The position numbers and the translations under genes are program-made. The notes below the pieces were generated by a model. That model was not told the DNA's origin and did no database searches. It saw only the letters and a program-made list of their open reading frames with translations. A stretch of DNA of 64,000 nucleotides from Eledone cirrhosa (Eukaryota): the NCBI GenBank assembly GCA_964016885.1, contig OZ024750.1:40858001-40922000 (forward strand). The letters are read 5' to 3'. This document shows positions 1 to 11,158 of the stretch, piece by piece. The first letter of the stretch is position 1. Each line of letters begins with the position of its first letter.

Positions 1-1260
1 TATGCTTCAGCATGTACCCATGGGAGGTCGGGTACCCTGTATTACTGCGTGACGCCAGAAGTCACGGTCGTGTGTCATTGACTTTGAGAGGTGTAGTTGG
101 GTAAGGTCGGCTTTTATCACCTCATCCCAAGTCATCTTGGGTCTCCCCACTCCGCGGTTTCCATCAACTTCTAGTGCTCTGCACCTTTTTATGCAGCTGT
201 CATCCTTCATACGCATCACATGTCCATACCAGCGTAACCGCCTCTCCTGCACGCAGCATTTGATTCCTCTTATGCTCAGTCTCTCTCTCAATTCCTTTAT
301 GCTTTGTCGTTCACGTATATTACTGTTACACATCCATCGGAGCATGCAGGCTTCGTTTCTCTCTAATCTACGTAAGTCTTCCACCTTCAGCGCCCAGGTC
401 TCACTACCATGCAACATCGCTGTTCGGATACACGCATCATACAGTCTGCCTTTCATTCTGAGGGAGAAGCCTTTTGCAGCTAGCAGTGGTAGTAGTTCCC
501 TAAACTTCTTCCATCCCGTTCTTACCCTAGTTATTGTACTTTCTGAGCACCCACCTCCGTTGCTAATTCGGTCACCTAGGTAGCAGAAGCTGTCTACTGT
601 TTCTACAGGGCCCTCCCAGAGATTGGTGGTACTTGTTTCCTGTGGCTGTTTGCTTGCTGTTTCAGCACAGCTGCTGCATGTGAATCCTAGATTCTTAATT
701 AAGCTTCCTGAGATCCTGCTACATCTCTTGTGTACCCATTGTTTGCATTTGGGGCAGAGAATGGAGTTCCTACCTACACCTTTCCTACATACTGAGCAAG
801 GCCATTTCCCTGAGGGGATCTGGGTTCTGTTTTCTCGTCTACTTACAAGGACCTTAGTCTTTGTCATGTTGACTTTGAGGCCCTTTCTCTCTAGTCCCTG
901 CTTCCAGGTTTGGAATTTATTCTCTAGTTCTACCATAGATTCAGCTATGAGTGCGAGGTCATCAGCATACAGGAGTTCCCATGGGCATCCGGTCTTAAAC
1001 TCCTCCGTTATTGCCTGCAGGACTATGATGAACAGGAGAGGGCTAAGAACAGAGCCCTGGTGGACCCCAACCTGTACGCTAAATTCCTCGCTATACTCAT
1101 TGCCAATCCTAACTTTGCTGACTGCTCCCCTATACATGGCTTGTACCGCTTTCACAAGCCATTCATCTACTCCTAGTTTTCTAAGAGCCCACCAGATTAC
1201 TGCACGTGGAACTCTGTCAAAGGCTTTCTCAAGGTCGACAAATGCCAAGTAGAGTGGCTT
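1..1260 (-). mobile_element. 5'-truncated RTE-clade LINE, RT domain to C-terminus (ORF 7..1248)
   Basis: ORF has AFVDLEKAFDRVP, GVHQGSVLSPLLF, LLYADDL, a CxxC cluster and [12 protein letters not shown]...RGVGRPKMTW, all typical of RTE ORFs. Confidence 0.93.
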
Positions 1261-1308
1261 GAAACAATTATTTTATGTGCTTGAAACAATTATTTTATGA
1301 CACATAGT

Positions 1309-3312
1309 TGACCTGTTGACCGAACGAGTCAGAGCATCTAACTTACACTGCTTCGGACTCACACACACGGACATCCACCAACTCCTCTCCTTCGTTGTGG
1401 ATAATGCACTCTTCAATTTCCTCGGCCACACGTACAAACAAATCTCTGGGCTACCTATGGGCTCTAGTCTGTCCGGCATACTTGCGATCTCGTACATGGA
1501 CCACCTGGAACGCAAGGCACTCAATACCTGCCAACCCAACGCCGTCGCCTTCTACTCCAGATACGTTGATGACATCCTGATACTTACTTCTTCCCGGGAG
1601 ATGGCGAATGAAATTCACCAAATCTTCAACGATACTGACCATCACGTCGATTTCACCATCGAACACCCAGGAGAAGACGGGTCACTCGCCCTCCTCGACT
1701 TCCGTATCAACATCTCGGAAGAAGGAGACATAAACACCACCTTCTACCGCAAAGCAGCGTGCAAGGACTTGTTTGTACATTACAACTCAGCCCTCCCCAA
1801 CAACGCTAAGAGAGGCTATGTCCTAAATGAACTGACACGGATCACTAACAGATGCAGCGACCCGATGGGTGGTCTCACCCATACCACGCAATTCCGTAAT
1901 CTACTCAGGTCTAATGGATATCCCAAGCGACTGATTAACGGAATTAGAGACCCCAGACCCAATAGACAGACTCCCACTAGAAACTTAAATAAAAGCAGGT
2001 GCTTCTTTAAAATCCCCCACCTGAGTGAATATACCACGAACGCCATCCGCAGGGCCATACAGACGGAGGGACTTGACATACATTTGGCCCACACAGGACC
2101 TTCGCTGCGAAGATGCCTCTCCAACAAACCCGACGAGTCAGATGGGACGTGTTCCCTCAGCAACTGCCCGATACGGGGGGCAGATTGCCTACGTACCTAT
2201 GTCGTATATAAGATTCAATGCGATAAATGTAACAAGTTTTACATAGGTAGCACCATCCGACCCCTACATGTTCGTATCAAGGAACATATCAACACCAACG
2301 CATCTTCCTTCCGTAAACACATCCTTAAATGCGGAAACCCACAGGGTAGACCCTTGGTCACAGTCCTAGCGACTGAACGCAGCATCGGATCCTTAAGGAT
2401 AAAGGAAGCACTTGTTATTAAGAACCTCAGACCCCACTTAACAACCGGGCTGAGAGAAATGAGCTGACATGGCTAACTTAACCATAGTGACCATTCACAG
2501 CCCTTACGGCCTGCTATTTTCACACACACGCACGTATAAGCATACCCATACGCATACACACACACATCTATATTTATACACGCACACGTTTTTACAACCT
2601 ACCACCTTTCACACCCTTTGATTTCCAGCTTCTACAGCCCACTATCTTTCACACACACACGCACTCACACATATACACACACAGTTACACACACATGTAT
2701 ACCCATACGCTTACACACACACATCTATATTTATACACGCACACATGTTTTACAACCTACCACCTTTCACACCCTTTGATTTCCAGCTTCTACAGCCCAC
2801 TATCTTTCACACACACACACACTCACACATATACACACTTACACATATACACACACAGTTACACACACATATATATTTACACACACATATTTTACGGCTT
2901 TCACACGCTAGCGCACCCTCTTGATTTAACCCATTTGGTCAGTAGCTTTTGCCACAGCCTATCACGCGCACGCGCATTCTTTCCCTCATTTAAATTTTAA
3001 ATAATTTTCTCCCCATAATGGCATTCCTGTTTTAACGACATCACAACTTTCTCCGCTTAGCCTGTTCCCCCCCTTTTGGAACTTTCCCCCGTTGATGGGC
3101 GTGAGCCCGAAATATTGGGATTAAATCTCCACTATGGTAACCCTTCTACCTTTGTTTTGTTTTCATCTTTGTCTCTCTCAATTTTCACTTTATCCTATTT
3201 CTCTTATCTATCATTCACTTCCTACCTCGAGATTTCCCTCTGCATTGTTGTGGCTTTCTAAACTACGTATTTTACACATTTCACAATGCTTTAAGCAAAC
3301 TTTAACACCCTC

Positions 3313-3314
<2 letters not shown>
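1309..3314 (+). mobile_element. 5'-truncated Penelope-like element (RT + GIY-YIG endonuclease, ORF 1316..2467) with 3' pLTR/UTR
   Basis: QISGLPMGSSLS, RYVDD, LLDF and FYRK RT motifs followed by VVYKIQCDKCNKFYIGST..RIKEH GIY-YIG; 3' region ends in (TA)n; 3' boundary approximate. Confidence 0.9.
3085..3120 (+). ncRNA. Degenerate minimal hammerhead-like motif in the Penelope 3' region
   Basis: tccc-CCGTTGA-t-gggc(gtga)gccc-GAAA-tat-t-ggga: stem I, stem II and GAAA are present, but the core deviates from CUGANGA. Confidence 0.4.
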
Positions 3315-3350
<36 letters not shown>

Positions 3351-3385
3351 ATATCTATATATATATATATATATGTGTGTGTATG

Positions 3386-3416
<31 letters not shown>

Positions 3417-3423
3417 ATGTATG

Positions 3424-3448
<25 letters not shown>

Positions 3449-3455
<7 letters not shown>

Positions 3456-4030
3456 TTCCTTCTCCTAGAATTCTGCCTTGACAAAGGCTAAGGGGGTCAT
3501 CTCTCCCGGTGATTTTGGATGGCCATTGACCCACAAGAGCTCCTTTTCCCTTTGACAGATTTTGTTTTTAGCCCTGCAGGATGTCCAAAGTCACCCTCCT
3601 CACCAAGAAACCTTGGTGGGGTTGCCAGTTTAGTCGCCAACGACCCAACCATGAGACAGGTTGTACTGGGATACATGTTACCAGTAGCACCAACTGATGG
3701 TATCCAATGATGTTGACTTGTTCTTCTTTTTGGTAAATATCATCTTGGTTAAGAGAGTGGGACTGGCTTTGTGCAGTACCTTTGCTCACTATAAAAGCTT
3801 CACGGCACAGGCATTGCTTTATATCTGGAGATCTCTCTGCACTTGTCGTCACATGGTACCATGGGCCCAGCACTATGTGTCAATGATTGTCACAAGTGTA
3901 GTGTTTGTACCAGAGTTTTCAAGTTGCTGGCTGGACTAAAAAGTCACACTCGTTCAGCGCATCGGTAGGGGTTCTCCTACATGGATATAAAGTAGTGGCC
4001 GTATTCGAAAACGAGTTGGCAGCCACCACC
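3449..4030. mobile_element. Short RTE-derived composite: 5'UTR-like segment on -, C2H2 finger/3' end on +
   Basis: Minus strand reads ...ggcgactaaactggcaacc...ctaggagaaggaaaactctga (resembles RTE 5'UTRs from memory); plus 3861-3968 encodes [22 protein letters not shown]; (TA)n on both sides. Confidence 0.55.
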
Positions 4031-4096
<66 letters not shown>

Positions 4097-4377
4097 ATGT
4101 ATGTATGTATATGTATGTGTATATATATATATGTATGTGTATATATATATATGTATGTATATATATGTATATGTATGTGTGTATATATATATGTATGTAT
4201 ATATATATATATGTATGTATATATGTATATATGTATGTATATATGTATATATGTATGTATGTATATATGTATATATGTATATATATCTATGTATATATGT
4301 ATATATATATCTATGTATATATGTATATATATATATCTATGTATATATATATATGTATATATATATGTATGTATGTA
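4031..4377. repeat. (TA)n/(TATG)n compound microsatellite
   Basis: Direct reading. Confidence 0.95.
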
Positions 4378-4612
4378 TCATCATCATTTCATTTTACGTC
4401 CACTTTCTCCCTGCTTGCAAGGGTGGGACATGTTTTTTGTAGTCTACCTCTACTGCGTCTTCCCTCCACTGGGACTTCCTGACACATCTTCACCTATCGG
4501 TCATCCTCCATGCGCATCGCATGTCCATACCATCTCAGCCTTCTCTCCCACACACCACAACTTATCCCTCTTATACCCAGTTTCTTTCTCAACTCGTCTA
4601 TGCTTGGTCGTA
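4378..4612 (-). mobile_element. Internally deleted RTE 3'-end fragment
   Basis: Matches 7256-7590 (catcattttacgtcc..ccctgcttgcaagggtgggac tail; RLRWYGH region). Confidence 0.8.
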
Positions 4613-4614
4613 AG

Positions 4615-4646
<32 letters not shown>

Positions 4647-4762
4647 GGTAAACATTGATGCAATTCAATTCAAGCACTCAACGTACTTTTTCCACATAGG
4701 AGTGACGGAGTAAATATCGTATAAAGAAAAGTGAAGTAATTTCAGATGTTCAAATCCTTTAA

Positions 4763-4849
4763 TAACAATGCTGTGATATATATTTCAGTGACGACACTGG
4801 CCACACTGTTCTGTGTGCGAGTGTTGTGTCATCATCAGACAGCTTGTTA
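4763..4849 (-). ncRNA. Type-I hammerhead ribozyme motif, antisense-arm copy
   Basis: Reverse complement of 4985-5071 with two substitutions, both in stem II; core intact. Confidence 0.7.
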
Positions 4850-4984
4850 CATAATAAGGTTATGTTTCCGAGGCAATCCAAATTGGTACTCACAAGGGAG
4901 CGGATGAAAAACCCCAAAACACGCAATTCATCCGTTCCCTTGTCGATCCAATTTGGATTGCCTCGGAAACATAACCTTATTATG

Positions 4985-5071
4985 TAACAAGCTGTCTGAT
5001 GATGACACGACACTCGCACACAGAATAGTGTGGCCAGTGTCGTCACTGAAATATATATCACAGCATTGTTA
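4985..5071 (+). ncRNA. Type-I hammerhead ribozyme motif (minimal palindromic stem III)
   Basis: taacaa-gctgt / CTGATGA (4996-5002) / long stem II / GAAA (5048-5051) / tatata / TC (cut predicted after 5059) / acagc-a-ttgtta pairing as stem I. Confidence 0.72.
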
Positions 5072-5101
5072 TTAAAGGATTTGAACATCTGAAACTACTT
5101 C

Positions 5102-5141
<40 letters not shown>

Positions 5142-5371
5142 CAAAAGAAGACACAGAGAACAGCTAGATATGGTCTTATCAGTTTCACCTTTGTGGTAAA
5201 AGGAAAAAAATGTTTCAACATATCAGATGTTAGTCATTCATCAAGATAGAGTAGAGTTAGGAAAGAGAAGAGGTTGGGGAAGGGGATTATCAGGAGGGGT
5301 GGTCATGCCTGTATTTGTTTATGTCTTATAACTTATTGGTTCAACAAAAAAAAAAAAAAAAAAAAAATGTA

Positions 5372-5490
5372 TAAAATAACTACCGGGCCTGAAAAAAATA
5401 AGTGCTGGGATCAATGTGATTGATAAAAACCCCTTGAGGCAGTGCCCCAGCATGGTCACAGTCTAATGACTGAAACCAGTAGAAGAATGC
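5372..5490 (+). mobile_element. SINE 3' fragment (octopus OK/OR-like tail)
   Basis: ggcagtgccccagcatggtcacagtctaatgactgaaacc resembles octopus SINE tails as recalled; no second copy in the window. Confidence 0.5.
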
Positions 5491-6360
5491 TGCATCTTTA
5501 AAGTCAGTAATTGTAATAAATGATTTGCAAGTCTAATATATTTTCTAATCTGTACAATTGTATATTCTTGTTTATTTACCGATATTAACATTGCTATTTC
5601 TCATTATCAGCCATGTCAACACGTCTTTCCTACTAATTATTAATGAAATCATTGTTGATATAGAGCATTATCATCAGTATTATCATCAGCATTATTTGTC
5701 GTTAGCTACATTAACATCGTCCATCTTCATTATATCATCTTTGTTATCAAGAAACATCCCAAACAACACCACACACTTTCTTTTTCTTTTTAAAAATGTC
5801 TCTAATTATCCATGCCATTCTTAGACAAGTTAGAAATACATCATTTCTTTATAGGCCTCGTGTATCATGTTGACTGTACGACATAATCTTCTAAGAACCA
5901 TTTTATGCCATTCTTTAATAGTTCTTTCCGCTACTGCAACTTCCTTCCACCTCTTGTCATGATGCTCTTTCACCCAGTTGATGACATTCCTACATAAATC
6001 TTCCTATATATTTTATGCCTAATTACTTTCTCAGCTCATTTATACTCAACCTTTCGCTATTAACATTGCACATCCAATGGAAGAAATTTCACACAATGCC
6101 TCACCAATAGTTCTATACTCTCTGTGTGTTTACTGCCGTGTAAACATAATCATTGGAATCTGAAGAGATTTGAGAAAAGACAGACAAATTGTTCAAGATA
6201 ATTTTCAGTATTGAGTACTCTTTAGCCCTGCCAGACAAAAGAGATTAACACAGGCAAAAGATATTAACACAGATAACCAGATACAGTAAGGTATATTTCT
6301 AGCATTTACATATGTTTCATTGCCTGGTTGCCATCTTGAAATCACTATTCTCAATTATCA

Positions 6361-6903
6361 AAGGATAACCCTACGATTGACCTATTGAAGGATAACCCTA
6401 CAATTGACCTAGTGAAGGATAACCCTACGATTGACCTAGTGAAGGATAACCCTACAATTGACCTATTGAAGGATAACCCTACGATTGACCAATTGAAGGA
6501 TAACCCTACGATTGACCAATTGAAGGATAACCCTACAATTGACCTATTGAAGGATAACCCTACGATTGACCAATTGAAGGATAACCCTACGATTGACCAA
6601 TTGAAGGATAACCCTACAATTGACCAATTGAAGGATAACCCTACGATTGACCAATTGAAGGATAACCCTACGATTGACCAATTGAAGGATAACCCTACAA
6701 TTGACCTATTGAAGGATAACCCTACGATTGACCAATTGAAGGATAACCCTACGATTGACCAATTGAAGGATAACCCTACAATTGACCAATTGAAGGATAA
6801 CCCTACGATTGACCAATTGAAGGATAACCCTACGATTGACCAATTGAAGGATAACCCTACAATTGACCAATTGAAGGATAACCCTACGATTGACCAATTG
6901 AAG
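6361..6903. repeat. 27-bp minisatellite, ~20 copies
   Basis: Unit aaggataaccctacgattgaccaattg. Confidence 0.97.
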
Positions 6904-6991
6904 TAAATATCTTGTGGAGTCAATCACCATTGAATGTTGACACAGTCCTCATTATAGGCTACTAGAGAAACCAAAAACGATATCTTGTACA

Positions 6992-7037
<46 letters not shown>

Positions 7038-7255
7038 ATATATATATGATATATATATATATGATATATATATATATGATATATATATATATGATATATA
7101 TATATATGATACATATATATGATATATATATATTATATATATGATATATATATATTATATATATATGATATATATATGATATATATATATATGATATATA
7201 TATATGATATATATATATGATATATATATATTATATATATGATATATATATATAT

Positions 7256-8686
7256 CATCATCATCATCATCATTTTACGTCCGCTTCTCCCTGCTTGCAA
7301 GGGTGGGACGGGTCTTATTCAGCACAGCATCTCTCCACTCGTCACGGTCCCTCGTCATCTCCACCGTGAGCTTCAATGATCTGAGGTCTGTTCTCACCAC
7401 CTCCGCTCATGTTTTTCGTGGTCTACCTCTACCACGTCTTCCTTCAACTGGCATTTCCTGGCACTTCTTCACCCATCGGTCATCCTCCATGTGCATCACA
7501 TGTCCATACCACCTCAGTCTCCTCTCCCGTACACTACATTCTATCCCTCTCAGACACAGTTTCTCTCTCAACACATTTATGCTGGGTCGTTCACGCACAT
7601 TTACACTGCACATCCAACGGAGCATGCTTGCCTCATTTCTCTCCAGCCTCATTTCTCTCCAGCCGTCGCATATCCTCTGCGGTTGCTGCCCATGTCTCAC
7701 TACCATGCAGCATCGCGCTCCTCACACAGGCATCATACAACCGGCCTTTCGTACGCAGGGAGAAACCCTTCTTCATCAACAGAGGAAGCAGCTCCCTAAA
7801 CTTCTTCCAACCCGTCCTTATTCTAAATACTATGGCCTCGGAACACCCTCCTCCCATGCTAATCTGATCTCCTAGGTACCGGAAGCTATCCACCACTTCT
7901 ATAGCGCCCTCTCGCATTTGAAAAATGTGTCTATCAGTGCGACTTCTACTGTCTAATTTCCCTGTACATCTACTGCATACATATTTCTCCCTACCTGTTA
8001 GTTTGCCTGCTATAACGCTACATCTCTTGTGTACCCAGGACCTGCATTGTGTGCATTTTATAGAATTTATGCCAGTTCCTTTTCTGCATATCGAACATGG
8101 CCATTTCCCTGACGGAATCAGGGTTTTGTCCTCTTTTCTACTCATCAACACTTTTGTCTTAGCTAGATTTACTCTCAGTCCTCTTGCTTCCAACTGCTGT
8201 TTCCATAGCCGGAATTTATTCTCTAGCTCCTCTACTGATTCTGCCATAAGAGCCAGATCGTCAGCATAGAGAAGTTCCCATGGACAGTCAGTCTTAAACT
8301 CCTCTGTTATGGCTTGGAGGACTATAATGAACAAGAGCGGGCTGAGGACCGAACCCTGATGTACTCCTACTTGTATCTGGAATTCCTCACTAAACTCCAT
8401 TCCTACCCTGACTTTACTGAGAGTACCTCTGTACAAAGTTTGCACTGTCCTCACAAGCCATTCCTCAACACCCAGCTTCCTTAGGGACCACCAGATGACA
8501 GATCGGGGTACCCTATCAAAGGCCTTCTCTAGGTCAACAAAGGCTAAGTATAGTGGCTTATTCTTCTCTAAGAACCTCTCTTGCATTTGTCTCACCAAGA
8601 AGAGGGCATCTGTTGTACTCTTCCCAGGCACAAAACCAAACTGCATCTCATCTAGTTTGACCCTTTCTCTAATTAGTTGTGCTAAA
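7256..8686 (-). mobile_element. 5'-truncated RTE LINE (second subfamily) with intact 3' tail and (GAT)n
   Basis: QFGFVPGKSTTDA, AFVDLEKAFD and YADD motifs; a 16-bp tandem duplication near 7631-7662 frameshifts the ORF; tail ...cccacccttgcaagcagggagaagcggacgtaaaatgatg. Confidence 0.93.
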
Positions 8687-8718
8687 ATCCTATATATATA
8701 TATATATATATATATATC

Positions 8719-8749
<31 letters not shown>

Positions 8750-8846
8750 GATATATATATATTATATATATGATATATATATATATTATATATATATGAT
8801 ATATATATATATATCTATATATTATATATATTATATATATATGATA

Positions 8847-8896
<50 letters not shown>

Positions 8897-8898
<2 letters not shown>

Positions 8899-9247
8899 AG
8901 GCACATGGCTTAGTGGTTAGAGCATTGGCCTTGCAATCGAAAGGTTGTGAGTTCAATTCTCAGACAGGGTGATGTGTTGTTTCCTTGAGCAAGACACTTT
9001 ATTTCACATTGCTCCAGTTTACTCAGCTGTAGAAATGAGATGATTTTGCAGTGGAATGATAGGGACTGGGGTCCCTATCATTCCACTGCAAAATGGACGT
9101 GGAGGTGCCACGGCAAAAAAGCACCCAGCACTCACTGTAAATGAGGTTGGTTTTAGGAAGGGCATCCAGCTGCAGAAATCAAGCCAGAATCAGTTCCCGT
9201 CCCACCCTTGCAAGCAGGGAAAAGCGGACGTAAAATGAAATGATGAT
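8897..9247 (+). mobile_element. tRNA-derived SINE family A with RTE-like tail
   Basis: A box tggcttagtggttaga, B box gagttcaattc, central ccttgagcaagacactt and ggaagggcatccagctg, 3' end nearly identical to the RTE tail; seven or more copies in the window. Confidence 0.88.
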
Positions 9248-9300
9248 TATATATATGATATATATTATATATATATGATATATATATATATATATATGAT

Positions 9301-9409
9301 ATCATCATCATCATCACCGTTTTACGTCCGTTCTTCCACGCTAGCATGGGTTAGACGGGTTGTCCTGTTGGGGGCAGTAGCCCGTCGGCTGACCATGCTT
9401 TGCTCGTAC

Positions 9410-9410
<1 letters not shown>
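9301..9410 (-). mobile_element. SINE/RTE-type 3' tail (variant tail, also at 41290-41410)
   Basis: Reverse complement of ...acccgtctaacccatgctagcgtggaagaacggacgtaaaacggtgatgatg. Confidence 0.7.
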
Positions 9411-9461
<51 letters not shown>

Positions 9462-9851
9462 TATTCCCATTTTGACGCTATGGTCACATATATGTTATGG
9501 AATACTGTTAGCTTCTCGTTACAACAATTTCTAAACTTTTCATTTATATACATATAATATATATAAATGTAGAGAGAGAACACTGTTGACAAAGAATGCT
9601 CATTTCTGGTATGAATGAAAATACTTTAGAAGCTTTCCCACCCACCTCTTCTTACATTTGTGTTCCATGAATTCTACATAAAATTGTTAATGTTTTTAAC
9701 AGAGCACAGTGTTCATGTGCCAGACAGACAGAAAGGCTGTACAGTTATTATAATATATATTGCTCCACCTCCAGTATTAATTATAATATATTTGCTACAA
9801 CTGATGAATCACCCAAGTTCTTCTTATTATTTATTATATATTATATAACAA

Positions 9852-10268
9852 GTGATATCGGTAGAAGGTCGGACGCCATGGTTTCTAGCATAGTTACGTC
9901 CCTTTACAGTCTGTGTTCAAATCCCGCCGAAGTTAACTTTGCCTTTCATCCTTACGGGGTCGATAAAATAAAGTACCAGCAATGTACTGGGTAATTGCTG
10001 GCCTTGTGCCTAAAGTAGAAACAATTATTTATTATATAGGGCGGTGGATTGGCAGTATCGGTAGAGGGTCGGATGCCATGCTTTGCAGCATAGAGTTATG
10101 GTCCTTTATGGTCTGAGTTCAAATCCCGCCGAGGTTAACTTTGCCTTTCATCCCTACGGGGTCGATAAAATAAAGTACCAGTCACGCACTGGGGTCGATT
10201 TTTATCGACTTTCCCCTCCCACCAAAATTGCTGGCCTTGTGCCTATATAAGAAACCATTATTTATTAT
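9852..10268 (+). mobile_element. Two tandem copies of tRNA-derived SINE family B
   Basis: tggcagtatcggtaga / gagttcaaatcc boxes, gcctttcatccttacggggtcgataaaataaagtaccag body, tail ggccttgtgcctaaagtagaaac + (TTA)n. Confidence 0.85.
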
Positions 10269-10497
10269 ATGACTGTTGTTATTTATTTCTGTACATATGA
10301 TGCATCTACAGTTGTTCTTCTCTGTTACTTGACCAAATATCCTTCTACTACATGGCGTAGTGGTTAGAGTGTTGGGCTTACAATCATGAGGTTGTCAGTT
10401 CGACTCTGACTCTCAGGCTTTGTGTTGTGTTCTTGAGCAAGACACTTTAGCATCACTCTTTCATAGTCTATGAACCTTTCAGCCAACCTTTGTATGC

Positions 10498-10887
10498 ATC
10501 ATCATCATCATCATCATTTTACATCGGCTTTTCCCTGCTTGCAAGGGTTGGGCGGGAACTGATTCTGGCTTGATTTCTACAGCTCGATGCCCTTCCTAAC
10601 ACCAACTTCATTTACAGTGGGTGCTGGGTGCTTTTTTCCGTGGCACCTATACGTCCACTTTACAGTGTGGGCTTGATACTTTTTTGACGTTGTACCTCCA
10701 CGGCCACTTTACAGTGGAATGATAGGGACCCCAGTCCCTATCAACTCATTTCTACAGCTGAGTAAACTGGAGCAATGTGAAATAAAGTGTCTTGCTCAAG
10801 GAAACAACACATCACCCGGTCTGAGAATTGAACTCAAAATCTTTCGATTGCAAGCCCAATGCTCTAACCATTAAGCCATGTGCCTCC
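10498..10887 (-). mobile_element. SINE family A
   Basis: Reverse complement of the 24745-25139 copy. Confidence 0.88.
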
Positions 10888-10952
10888 ATATGAAATTAAA
10901 TGAAACCATAATTAACAACTTTAGCTTTGATTTGAACCTTTATTTTACTTGT

Positions 10953-11103
10953 TAAATATGTAAATATGGTTTACTAATTAAATATGCGAATATGGTTTAC
11001 TAATTAAATATGTAAATATGGTTTACTAATTAAATATGTAAATATGGTTTACTAATTAAATATGTAAATATGGTTTATTAATTAAATATGTAAATATAGT
11101 TTT
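10953..11103. repeat. 26-bp AT-rich tandem repeat, ~5-6 copies
   Basis: Unit aaatatgtaaatatggtttactaatt. Confidence 0.9.
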
Positions 11104-11158
11104 ACACCTGTTCACTACAAAAGGTTTCTCTCTCTATGGACAAAAGACACCTGCATAC

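Larger units (their letters stand above)
4643..5101. mobile_element. Head-to-head inverted repeat (arms 4733-4908 and 4927-5101), probably an inverted Penelope pLTR pair or retrozyme-like element
   Basis: ~175-bp arms are reverse complements with few mismatches around an 18-nt loop; (TA)n on both flanks; each arm carries a hammerhead motif. Confidence 0.8.

Noticed and set aside
5195-5250. Possible further hammerhead on the minus strand (cttgatga...gaaac)
   Set aside because: No convincing stem I or II pairing and altered core
6035-6290. Candidate host exons (also 16770-17002 and 24373-24570)
   Set aside because: Splice-like signals only; no recognisable protein and no consistent exon chain
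6351-6923. KDNPTIDQL repeat protein
   Set aside because: 27-bp unit open on both strands; no unique coding flanks or splice support
8897-8970. tRNA gene (TGC anticodon-like loop)
   Set aside because: Head of a multicopy SINE; acceptor stem does not close
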